Shown here one piece after another: positions 1-12,900 of a DNA stretch of 64,000 bases. This stretch comes from Octopus bimaculoides (taxonomy: Eukaryota). Position 1 is the stretch's first letter, and every line of letters begins with the position of its first letter. The notes beneath the pieces are model-generated. The model was not told the origin of the DNA, searched no databases, and saw only the letters and a program-made list of their open reading frames with translations. Location of the stretch: NCBI RefSeq assembly GCF_001194135.2, contig NC_068985.1, positions 93,042,341 through 93,106,340 of the forward strand, read 5' to 3'. The position numbers and the translations under genes were made by a program.

Positions 1-232
1 GGCACATAAAAGACACCATTTCGAGCGTGGCCGTTTTCGTGCGGGTGACACGTAAAAGCACCCACTACACTCTCTGAGTGGTTGGCGTTAGGAAGGGCAT
101 CCAGCTGTAGAAACTCTGCCAAATCAGACTGGAGCCTGGTGTTGCCATCCGGTTTCACCAGTCCTCAGTCAAATCGTCCAACCCATGCTAGCATGGAAAG
201 CGGACGTTAAACGATGATGATGATGATGATGA
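1..232 (+). mobile_element. SINE/RTE-type 3' end with (GAT)n tail (family A)
   Basis: The block GGAAGGGCATCCAGCTGTAGAAAC...CCAACCCATGCTAGCATGGAAAGCGGACGTTAAAC(GAT)n recurs at 9820-10112, 35433-35521 and 55753-55962, and in degenerate form elsewhere. Confidence 0.85.
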
Positions 233-748
233 TACATTTTTTTAAAGATCTTACTAAGCCAGAGTTGCTAATTGGTCCAACATTCCAAAATGACACAGCT
301 TTATAATCTATAGGATAGTTCTAAGTTAGCATTAAGAAATAAAGGTGTTTTGTCTTTGAATACACAAGTAAATATATTTTTTATTTTCTTCAGTTTTAAT
401 CTCAAAGAAGAAACTTTTACATAGATTAACTTGCAAGTTCTATTAAATGAGAAAGAAAGCTCTGTTCTAGCGAACTGTATTTTCTTTCTGTATGACATCA
501 ATGAGTATTGAAATTACTCATGGATGTGAATGGTCTTGGAGTAGTTTTATTGCACTCTGTGATTAATGTTTTTCTATTGTTATGAATCATTTTAGTCATT
601 CAACTGAGTGTTTTTAGGTGATGTAATTCAAATATTGATGTTTAATTAGAATTCTCCTTATAAATACTCTCACTATATTTGTTACTTTTCCTCAATGCGA
701 TGATTTATTTTATGCTTGTCTTTTTTTTTTCTTTTCTTTTTTTCTTAG

Positions 749-913
749 GAGGTCGTCGTTTAGATTCTGATTACAAGATAATTGGTAACATTGCTTCTGC
801 TGACTTGAATATAATTATCAAGCCTGAAGATAATGGCGCCATCTATGTTTGCAAAGCTACAAATAATGCAACTGTCAGACCTTTACAGACACAAATACGG
901 CTAAAAGTCTTCT
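749..913 (+). CDS. NPHS1: Nephrin-like exon: C-terminal half of an Ig domain (GRRLDSDY...EDNGAIYVCKATN...RLKVF)
   Basis: Polypyrimidine tract + TAG at 746-748, donor GTGAGT at 914, DxGxxYxC motif. A NAGNAG alternative start at 752 is possible. Confidence 0.9.
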
Positions 914-3900
914 GTGAGTAAGATTGCTTACAAAAGCAACATGTTTTTTCTTTTTAATATTTCATAACCATTGCATTTTCTCACAATTTCTTCATGTCTA
1001 TAATGAAAGGTAATTCAAATATTCACTGCTAATATGCTAATAAGAAAAACCATAATTACAATTGTCTCTTATTGTGCTCTCAAATTACAATTTTTTCTTT
1101 CTTTTTTTTTCTTTTTTTCTTTTTCAAGTTCCACCAGTGTCGGTGAACATTACAACCAAACCAGATCAAGCCAGAGCTGGACAAAAGTATACCCTTACTT
1201 GTGAATGCTCTTCTAGTAACCCTGAAGCTGAAATTATCTGGTTACATAATAGTCAAAGGTTGCAAGGCAACAATCTTGCTCTGATGAATGGCAGCAATGG
1301 TGGGAAAATAACCATAAATATTTTGGAAATTATTCCTACACCTGATGACCATATGGCTGTTTATGGATGCCGAGCTATCAATCATGCAGTAGATAAAGCT
1401 GTTAATGACGGAATTACTCTGGATATATTATGTAAGTTAAAGAATCCCTTATCAAGTTGGGCTCATTCTATTGTTCATTTTTTTTTTTTTGATACTGGAT
1501 TATGCAATTTTTTTGTTGTTTAATTTTATCGTTTTATCTATTTGATTGGTCTGGAGGAAGGGATTGTGCTTATGGCATTAGCAATCTTTCCAAGACCTGC
1601 TAACCAGATAATTTTGATAAAGTTTGAATTTTGCTACTCTTCTTCAGGTTTGTTAAATTAATCACTGAATTTATGTGACAAAACAAACCTTAATGTAATA
1701 ATGAATACCCAAGTCTCTGTTATGGCTGTTGTGTTATGTAACTGTTATGTAACTGTCTTTCTGCCTCACAAACAGGGTCCACTTTATATTTACAACTGAC
1801 CAGGTAGGATAAGACAAAATATTCAGCTATAACAAAACAAGTCTTACAATATACATATGTTCAACTTTGTAATGACTATTTTACAATTTTTTAAATCTGA
1901 AAACTTATGACCTGTAAAAAAAAATGAAGTATGAGGTACTATTTCTTAAAATCGAGGTTATATTTTCTCATACTTAGTGGTTAAAAGTCTGAAAAAATAT
2001 ATGAGCAACAGTTCCTCTCAGTTTAATAGCATTTCACTACATGTATCAAGGAAACTGTTTCATACTCTACTCTATCCTAAACATGAATAAAATACAAGTT
2101 CACACCACAAAACATCTCCAAATATTAGGTCTTACCTCAGTAAAGATCTCTCCCAGCAATCTTTCATTCTCAATATAGTGAAGAGTACATCATAGAGACT
2201 GGCCTTCTTCTTCAGTGCCAGAAATCATTTCAGCTTCCTAACAGTTACTAAATACTCTACAAACTTCAAGTGAGATCTGGTGCTTCTTCTATGTATAACA
2301 GATACCCTTGACTGCATCAAAAAGTCTGACTGATTGGATATCAGGAAATTGCTCATCGAGATACTGTAACTGTTGACCCAGAAATATGTTTCCTCTACAA
2401 CTTAATACTGTGGCCTCCACTGCTCAGAACTGGCTGATGTTATGCTACCTCCTCTCAGGCCCTCTCACCACCCTTTCTTGCACCACCCTTATTATGACCA
2501 TCGTCTTAGAATTTCCACTGACCACTGTAGTCTTTCTGCTCCAGAATGTTGACCTTTTGCAATTCCTTTCCTCCCCATGGATTACATGTTACTGAAGATG
2601 AAGCATCAAGTATTTGATCTCACAGATCTTGGTTTCCAAATGCTATGAACACAACCCCTTCCTTTATATATGTGTGTGTGTCTGTGTGTGATAGTGTTTC
2701 AGATACCAATTCCAATGCTGCTGTGATGAATTTTCATCTCTTCTTGATAGTGTGCTATTAACGCAGCATATCCATAAAAGATGTCATTTCAGGACAAATA
2801 CTGCTGTAACTGGCCTATCAACTGTGTAACTACATTATGTATGATACATAGATAGCTATGAAATAATTTTGATTTTTATCAAAGCTCTGTATGAAATGCT
2901 TTGTTAATGTAGAAATAAATATGATAGAAAAAAATTTACTTTTTAATAGTCAAATATTTAACATTATCAAATTATTAATGTTTTGAAATAAATACAACCG
3001 TGTTTATTAATAAATGAATATTTTGATTTTCTGTTTTAGTTAAACCAGTCTTCAATACACTGATACCCCACAAAATCAGCATCTTAGAAGATGAATGGAA
3101 ATCTGTGAATTTTAGTGTAAGAGCGAATCCGGAGAAAGTGAGGTACAGCTTATGGCGAGACGGCCGTGTGTTGAAATTACCTCGGAATTTCCTTCTTGAT
3201 GATGATGGTCTCTTGAATTTAACCAAAGTTAAGCAGAAAGATAGTGGTGATTATCAAATAAAAGCAGTTAATAAAGAAGGTGCCACATTTTTAAACTTCA
3301 CAGTTGATATACTCTGTAAGTATTGGTGGTTTTTATTTTAATACCCTTTATGAAATCATGATAAATAGGTTGTTTTTATTATTTTTTTGATGTGTGCTCT
3401 GTATCTGCTTTACTTATTGTGTTAGATTACTAACTTCATCTAACTGTATGTTTGTTTGTCCAAAGAAATAAGTTTTTGAGCTCTTTACCATTACTGCTAT
3501 CTCAGCACTTCAAAACTTCGCTCTTCAAAGAAGAATTTTTGCTCAGAATATCACAACTCACATCTCCCAATAGAATACAAACTTAAAAACATCGATGGTA
3601 TTTCACCAGTGCTGGCCATCTCTTATTTCCTGGGACTCTGGTTTTATTTGTTGTTTAAGTTCATTTTCTATCATTTACTTGTTTCAGTTATTAGACTGTG
3701 GCCATGCTGGGGCACCACCTTGAAGAATTTTAGTCAAACAACTCAACCCCATTACCACTTTTTTTAAGCCTGTTACATATTCTAATAGTCTCTTTTGATG
3801 AACTGCTAAGTTTACCAACACCGGTTGTCGAGTGGTGAAGGGAGACAAACACAGTCACAAAGACACACACACATATGATGGGCTTCTTTCAGTTTCATCT

Positions 3901-6900
3901 ACCAAATACACTCACAAGGTTTTGGTCAACATGTGGCTATAGTAGAAGACACTTGCCCAAATCGCCCCACTGTAAGATTGAACCTAGAACCATGTGATCG
4001 GGAAGCAAACTTCTTGCCACACTTGCACCTATATGTCTATTTTAAAAAAAAGTAGACATTTTTGTTTCTTAGTCAGAGGTGGACAGTTTGCACTCATGAC
4101 CTTTGCAAGGTGTGAAACTGATTTTGATTTAGATGAAACATTTGATCGACTGTCCAAAAACAGTTATGGTTTAATAGATTTCCTCATAATTTCCATCTCC
4201 CCTAATTTCACTCCAATGGCTTGTATTGACCTAATGCTTTGTTGGAAGTCATTTGCTCTTGGTGGCACACAATAGAATCAAATCATGTGCCATTTAAATT
4301 TCATGTGTCATTTAATTTTCATAAGCATGTGACTTTGATTTCCTTCACAAGACTTTTGTTGAGTCAAATCTATGATGGAAGACACTTGCTCAAGGTGTCC
4401 ATTGAGAAGGTCTAACGTAACAGTGAAATGAGCTTCTTAATCACAGAGCCCTGGTTGCATCTACAAAATATCCAGGTGTAAACATAGTTTGATGCCCACC
4501 ACAATGGAATGAAAAGTTAAGGATTAATACTATGATCCAGTGTGGTTCACTAAAGAAGGATTGTAAAAGTATAATACAACCTACACTAGTTTGTCCTGCT
4601 GGGTGTGTTGTGTGGAACATTTTTAATAATATTAAATGGCTTTTGGAGAGTATTACCCTTGTTATTCAACCTTCTGGAGCCCAATGTTGCTAATTCTCAA
4701 TGTTCATTTGTTGGGTGTCTGCTTATATTTTCTCTCACTCTCTCTCCATATACATCCCCTTTAGTCAGTCTTCCATGTTGGCCTTAGAGCTTTCTATTCA
4801 CTTATTTTTCTTTTTTCCCTTCCTCTCTCTCTCTCTAGTTTTAATGTTTAATCTTGATTTTAGGTTTTGATTTGTGAAACTTTCAAGACTCTGAGAGAGA
4901 AAGAGGAATTAAAGTTTTAATCCTTTTTAAAAAAAAAATGCTGTTTTTTTTGTTTGTTTTTGTGTGTTATTCTTCTGAGGATTCCAATGCAATTTGTGAA
5001 TGTATGGCAGGGAGCCAATGGAAACTGCTCTAATTCCAGAAGTTCCATAAATATTTCACTAATAAACTAACTATATATTCTGTGTAAAAGAAGAAAGTAG
5101 TAGTATTCTGGATGTTATTATTATTATTATCATTATTATTATTGTTATTATTGTGCTTATTTTGGATGTCAGTCCTAATGTAATATAACTATGACTCAAA
5201 ACTTCAAAGCTTAACTTGGGAATGTAAAAGTTTAGCATTTATTGTTTGTATGATTATCAAGATTGTAGTTTTCTTTTTCAAATAATGTCAAAGCTTAGCA
5301 TCTGTGATTGTATTTATCTATTTATTTCATCTCTGTACCTGTTGATGTTTAGTGTTATCAGTGGATTGAAATCTAGTCTTCTGATATCTGTAGTTTACAA
5401 AAGCTTCTGGAAATCTTTGAAAATTATTCCATAGGGAAATTTATTTTAAAATAGTTATCTGTTTTGTTTTCTCTTTTCAAGTTAGAGTTAATCTCAGCAT
5501 TTCAGAGAATATTATCAACATCATCCCTGTTTTGCTTTCATTCAATACAAACAAATGTTGCAGGCTAATTGTTGCATTTTGAAATGTACTTAGTTGCTTT
5601 TTGTATAAAACTCTTATGAATGATATTCTTAAAAACCAACTTTTGAACTAGTCTTAAAGAAATAATATTACCTAATTACTGCAGCATTGTTCTTCATTAA
5701 TGATGAAGTAATTTCCATTTAGTTCTAGCTGTTTTACTACCCGGCATACAAAAATGAAACCAGATATTTTTGCTGTCCATCAACTAGTTTATATCACTGC
5801 TGTTATAATCTCTGAAACAATATGGGCCATAAAAATGTTTGATCTGATTCACAGTCTCTATACATTTTTCATCAATGATAATCACAATACATTTGATTTC
5901 CCTCTTTTCATCTTGGCAATATGCCATCCATGTCTTATCTACTTATGTGTAAAGTATTTGAACTCATTATCCAATAAGATCAATGGAACATTCCCAATAT
6001 CATACGTACTGTTCCAGTGATTTGGAAATTGACTTTGCAGTCTTTTCATTGCAGTTTACTAAAATATTTTCATCTTAGTTTTAAATTTCGTTTCCTTTTA
6101 TTACAGATGCTGCTAACATTACACACATTTCAACTCCTGTCATTGAAGATGAAGGAGGCATTGCTTACTTGGAGTGTATAGCTGAAGCAAACCCAATGAG
6201 TGACAATATGGTTGGATGGACAAGAGACAGCTATGATATGTCAAGAACTCGGCAGACTTACGATAAAGGCAGCTCCTCTTTAACTGTCTACGAATTGTCA
6301 CGAACTGATGCTGGAACTTTCACGTGTTCGGCATATAATGGATACGGCAAGGTAGTCACTCGAGTAGCTCAACTCATAGTTAAGTGTAAGTATTTCTGCT
6401 TCGTATAAGCATCTGTAATAGCATCAAAAGTTAGTTATGCTGTATTCAATGATAAAAATGATATTTTTGATGAATGAGAGAAAACTCAATCACTCTGAAT
6501 ATCAAATTGGACTTCGATTACATTCTGTATATCATCACCATTGTTTTACATTTGCTTTCTATGCTAGTATGGGTTAGACATGTTTCCACAGTTGAAATTA
6601 ATATATATTCGGTGAGTACTGCTCACCCTAGATAGATTGGAAGGTTGTATCACTCTCATGTGTTTCATTTTATATAAGCAATGTTATAGAGACGTGGGTG
6701 GTAAGAGAAAGAGTTATGAAAATAAACAACTGTTTGTTGTAGAAATTTGTGAATATTTTCGACACTGACGTTGGTTTTTGTTATGGTGATTGCAAGACAA
6801 TAGATTTTTCCCAGTCTTAGACAATGAAAAACAATACATTTTAAATTTCCATTCCATTCCAATGTACTTCCATGCAGCGCTGATGATGAAATTTATCTAT

Positions 6901-9900
6901 ATCAAATAATAATGCCTAATCTAATATTAATGCATTAGAAAAAGATAGTTAATTATTAACAGCAAATATATCCATCATTGTCAAAAAGACACTCACACAG
7001 TTTCCATTCAATAAACTATTCACAAGTCAACTTAACATTTGAAACAGTTTATCTTAATCTACCGAATGAATTTTGTCTGCATTCTGCTACAATGGACATA
7101 GATGAAATAATATTTTGATAAAAGATAAAATATGGATAGAAGGAATATTGCTTGTTGAATTTTTTTAATGAAAGATGTTATGAATTATTTGCTGAAATTA
7201 ATCATTTGATTAAGGCTATTGATAACAGTTGGTAGATACAGGGGGCAAAATTATTGCTGGTTTCAGTTGAGAAGATCCTTAAAGAATATCTAAGGTTTGA
7301 ATATCACTGCCAAATCTCTCCTAAAGGAGCAGTTGCTGAGTATCTGCAGAGCAGATCATAGTTGAGTAGTATATAAGACAAAGCAGAATATATTGTTGGA
7401 AAATTGGTGTTGATATAAACACAAAAGCTGGCGCTAATAATTTGATCAATACTGTTGTGGTTAATTATTCACCGCAAAAATATAAGCATATGATTTTGTA
7501 TTGAATCTCGTATTGAATGCATAAATTTATGAGTATTGAATATATATGGAATTTTTTGGGGGGAAAATATATTATTCATATCTAATACATTGTTTTTAGC
7601 TTTGAAAGGAAAAGCATTTTGATATCAAGAATAAGATTTAAGAACAAAAGATGGAAAAATGATAATAAAATGTGTATTACCTATAAGTAGTATTATAGGT
7701 AACGTACATTGTTTTTGACTAAACATTTTTGACTTACAATGAAATGTATTCTTTCTTTTGGATAAAGTTATTAACAATAACAGTCACATATTTATCATTC
7801 ATGTCAAATTAGTGAAATATATTTTTTTCCATAGCCACATTTGATGATAGATATTTTTCTATTTTCATCAAATGTTTGTTTGTTCATTATAAGCTAATCC
7901 TGTAATACATCCAGTGATTTTTTTTGTTTTTGTTTTTTTTTGTACATTTTTGTTTCTTGCATATTTTATATACATTTCTTTTTTACTGTATTTTAATTCA
8001 GAAGAATGGAGTGACATCTGTAGAAACTAGTTTTGTATATTTAGAAGCAACTTCATTGAAAATCACTGAGTTAGATTCTATATATAAAACTGATTATTGT
8101 GCACAATTCTGAAGGTGGGAGATAGTCATGGCTAGTTACAGTTTACACCTACTAATAGTTGCAATATAATGAAAGTACAAGCCAACAAAAAAGCCTCTGC
8201 ACGGTCACTTAACTTGCAAGAAATAGCAGCCAAACTCTAATCAAACCATTATTGTCTTAAAAAAATGCTGTGTCGACGCCCCAAGTGAAGTAGTAGGATC
8301 GACCAAGACATGCAAATAAAGGTAGTCTGACCATTGTAGGGGTGGACTGACAGTGGACTGACAGTTGAGTAGCCGTCATGTAGCGGTTGAGCAGAGATCA
8401 TCCAAAGGTGCTAGATAGCATAACAAAAATGGAAAAAACAAAACGGGATGTTAAACAGGATGAAAAAACAAAACGGGATGCTGGACTGCTTTTTATAAGA
8501 GGTCTGCTCAATCAGGACTGACCACAACACATAAGATGACATTTTGTACACACTATAAGGTACTTTACATGTTAATAAAGTAAGAATACAGTCGTTGTCT
8601 CCATAGTCCAGTGGTTGAGCATTGGTCATGTAAATTAGGATTTTTGAATTTGATCCTCAATAGGGTCTTCTGTCAAGATATAACAATCTAATGAGGGAAC
8701 ATTTCTGCAGTCATTTGACCTGATAGAAATAGCATCCAAAGGTGGCGAGCCGGCAGAAACGTTAACGCGCCAGGCGAAATGCTTAGCGGTATTTCGTCTG
8801 CCGTTACATTCTGAGTTCAAATTCCGCTGAGGTCGACTTTGCCTTTTATCCTTTCGGGGGTCGATAAATTAAGTACCAGTTATGCACTGGGGTCGTTGTA
8901 ATCGACTTAATCCCTTTGTCTGTCCTTGTTTGTCTCCTCTATGTTTAGCCCCTTGTGGGCAATAAAGAAATAAGAAATAGCATCCAAAATTCTCTTAAAT
9001 GTCACCCTACCATTTTAAAAGAGAAAGACAGAGTGGATAATGTAGTTCTAGATACACATTGTGTGCAATAAAGATGAGATAGTTCTATATTTAAGAGATG
9101 AAGAATTATGTATATTATTTACATTATTTACATTTGACAGATATTTGTCCTCATCTTGTTTGTTGTTAACCAGAGGGTATATCAACCGAAACGTTGCGTT
9201 AACAACAAACAAGATGAGGACAAATATCCGTCAAATGTAAATAATGTAAATAATGGAAAAGACGAGGTAATCGTGATTAGAACAGCTTTGATTATAGGGC
9301 TGCTCAGGCAGGAGTGATTTGAACCTCAATATTGCATGGCAGACTTAATCCGACATCTGTTTTAAGACTACTGCCTAACCTTTGGGTACCTTTTAATAAA
9401 GTTCACTCAATTGGTTGCATTCAAACCAGATCTTCCATCTGAAGATAACTTCCTTTCTGCCCACTGACTGTCAAAACCCGCCAAAAGAGCCACTCAAAGA
9501 TCCAACAAGAATATTTTAACCTTAGTCTTGATTTAAAGAATTAAAGCTAATGAGGTACTTCAGACTTATATTTCCATATGAAGAATTGGTATTATATTCA
9601 TTGCTTGCTTCTGCCTCTTTTGAATAGATCCACCACAAATCGACCAATCACGGCAATATGCAAAAGCAGCAAGTGAAAAAGGAGGAACAGCAACTTTGAT
9701 CTGTAAAGCAGATGGAGCCCCTCTTATAACGTTTTCCTGGTCAAAGGTAATACTTTTAACTATTTAATGAGCAGCAAATGAGTTAATTTCATCATTTTCT
9801 TTCAGCGTGGAAATATATATGGCACTTGTGCCAGTGTGGCACGTGAAAAATATTCGAGCGAGATTGTTGGCAGTGCCGCTGGACTGGCTCCTGTGCAGGT

Positions 9901-12900
9901 GGCATGTAAATAAGACCATTTGAGCATGGCCATTGCCAGTACCGCCTGACTGGCCCTCGTACTGTGGTTATCATTAGGAAGGGCATCCAGCTGTAGAAAC
10001 TCTGCCAGATCAGATTGGAGCCTGGTGCAGCCGTCTGGTTCACCAGTCCTCAGTCAAACTTCCAACCGATGCCAGCATGGAAAGCGGACGTTAAACGATG
10101 ATGATGATGATGAAATATGTTTGCCATTTAGTACTGAATGGATTTTTGCCTTATTTGTTCCTCTTTTTGTATATATCAATTCTCAGTATTGAATTTTGGC
10201 TTCTATAATATTTTTCAGACTTGTGTGTTAACCTATTTATCCAGCACCTCCAGTTCTCTTCATTCTGGTTCTTAAGACAAACTTCCATAATCTTAATTTG
10301 ATATCTAACCTACTTAAAAGTTAACTCCCTCGTTTGCACAGACTCGTCATTCAATAAGAAATAAATCAAAATGAAAAGGAATTCTGTCAGAAAATGGGAA
10401 TAATTGCTGCTGGGGATCTTTCTTTGATACCCCCTCTTAATCGTTGCTTACTAAAAATTAATACAACCTGTATATAAATAGTCCTTGATGCTTTTTTTTT
10501 TCTGTATGTTTTGTAAAGAAAGCTACCTAGGTAATTAACGAACTTACATTCGTTACAAACTCTTCCCACCTCAACCAACAAGTGACTAGCTAAATAGTTT
10601 TCAGTCTGCTAGAACTCGTTGCCAAACTTGCCTCATATTATTCATTATTTCTTTAAAAAGAAACCAACCCCCTACAAAAAAAAGACATGCTGCATAATTA
10701 CTACTAAAACATCTTTGATCATAGGCCTCATTGACCAGAGTTGACCTGGGGTTAAACTACTATCTTTGATTTGCTCCACCCTTAAACTGATAACTGAGCT
10801 TTGCTTTTTTTTTATTATTTTATTAAAATCGCTGCTTTTCTTTGAATTCCTTAATCCAGAAAAAAAAAAATTGCTTGCAGTATCTGTCCGTCAACTCTGG
10901 TGTACTTTATTAATCTACATATATATAATCTACATATATATAATCTACATATATATACATATATTCTGTATATCTTATCTTCTTTCTTCGGAGCATCATA
11001 CATTCAGGCTTTTCTGAAACACATATCTGTTTACAGAAAGCATTAACTTCACAAAATAATTTATCTGTTCTGCCCAGTCATGCAAGAAAAAAGCTCTTCT
11101 TGCTGCTATTAACTGTTGACTTGTTTACCTCTGTGCCACAGGTCTATTGAAATGGAGTTCAAAGAAGATACTTTAACATCAACAAGAAAAAGAAAACCCT
11201 CTGTAAATTATAAATTTGTGAAATTAAAAGAAAAACAAGTATATGGTACTAATAATAACATAATGTGAAAAACACTTCTAATAAGCATTCCTGCATGTAG
11301 TTTCAGGATATTTAGCTACAGCAATTTAAATGACAAATGATCTGAAAGCAGAGCAATGAATGATAAATGTAGCCTTAAGGGACTTTAAGTACTATAATCA
11401 TCTCAATAACCTTAATCCAACAATGTATAGAAGTTCAATTTTGTAAGTTGGCTGATTGCCTTTCGTTCTTTTTTTTTGTTTTTGTTTTCTCTCTTTTTCT
11501 TTCTCTCTTTTTTTTTAATCAAGAATGAAGAGCAAATAATTTATCTAAAAGTGCCAGAGGAACTGCATTTAGAATCAGTTTTAACCCTTTCATATTTAAA
11601 GCTATTAGAAGTGCTTTATATTGCTATTGTTATGATAAACCACAATGATCTCCTAAACTAGGAATAAAGCCACTTTCGTGTATGATTGTTTCTTATTTGA
11701 ATTAATCTCAGTATATTACTGCTACTTATTCTATCAGCTTCAAATAAATCAGACACAAAGAGAATTCAAGTAAAATCAAAATTAGCTACACTATGGTTAA
11801 CCTCCTTGTGTCAATACTGTCCGCCTAAATAATGTTACCGAGAAGAATTGAAGAGACAGAAATAATACATTAAATGTGAGATTCTCTCTCAAATATATTG
11901 TCAAAACTTTTGGTAGCATGACTCCAGTTGAGAGTGGAGTGGTGGGGGATTCAAACATCAGCATTAACTCGTAAGTGGTTCATAGAACATACCCACACGT
12001 GCATGCATCCATTTCACTTTACTTACAAGATTGAAAGGTAAGCATAAATGTGGCTGTATGGTTGAGGAGTTTGTTTGGTTTAGGGTCAGTTCCATTGCAT
12101 GGTACCTTGGACAAGTCTCCTATCACCTCACACTGAGCCTTGTGAGTGGATTGAGTAGATTGGATTTAGTCTACTGTATGTTTATACATGTACATGCACA
12201 TGTGAGTGGAGACGCAATGGCCCAGTGGTTAAGGCAGCAGACTCGCAGTCATAGGATCGCGGTTTCGATTCCCAGACCGGGCATTGTGAATGTTTATTGA
12301 GCGAAAACACCTAAAGCTCCACGAGGCTCCGGCAGGGGATGGTGGTGAACCCTGCTGTACTCTTCCATCATAACGTTCTCTCACTCTTACTTCCTGTTTC
12401 TGTTGTGTCTGTAATTCAAAGGGGTCAGCCTTGTCACACTGTGTCACACTGAATATCCCCAAGAACTACGTTAAGGATACACGTGTCTGTGGAGTGCTCA
12501 GCCACTTGCACGTTAATTTCATAAGCAGGCTGTTCCGTTGATCAGATCAATTGGAACTCTTGTCGTCATAACCGATGGAGTGCCACCAGTTCCTGTGGGT
12601 AGCCAATCTTAAATTCCTCTGTTATAACCTAGAGGGCCATGATGAATTGGAGAGGACTGAAAACTGAACCTTGGTGAACACCTGTCTGTTCACCAAATTT
12701 ATCACTGTACTAATGACTAACCATTACTTTCCATCTTGGATTATTTCAAAATTGTTGCCTGTGATATTTGCTTAATCCCAACATCACTTAATGTCAGCTC
12801 TCCCTGCTGGCATGGGTTGGACTCTTCCATGCAATTTTTAATTTCAATAATGCTAAGTTTCAAAACATTTTCTCATAACTGAAAAAGGTATTATACTATT

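Noticed and set aside
10911-10955. Short direct-repeat array as CRISPR-like
   Set aside because: No spacers, eukaryotic intron; it is a simple minisatellite.
12206-12285. tRNA gene-like sequence (also 45838-45900 and 62350-62421)
   Set aside because: A/B boxes are present but the acceptor and anticodon stems are broken, and each continues into a repeat body: SINE heads, not tRNA genes.
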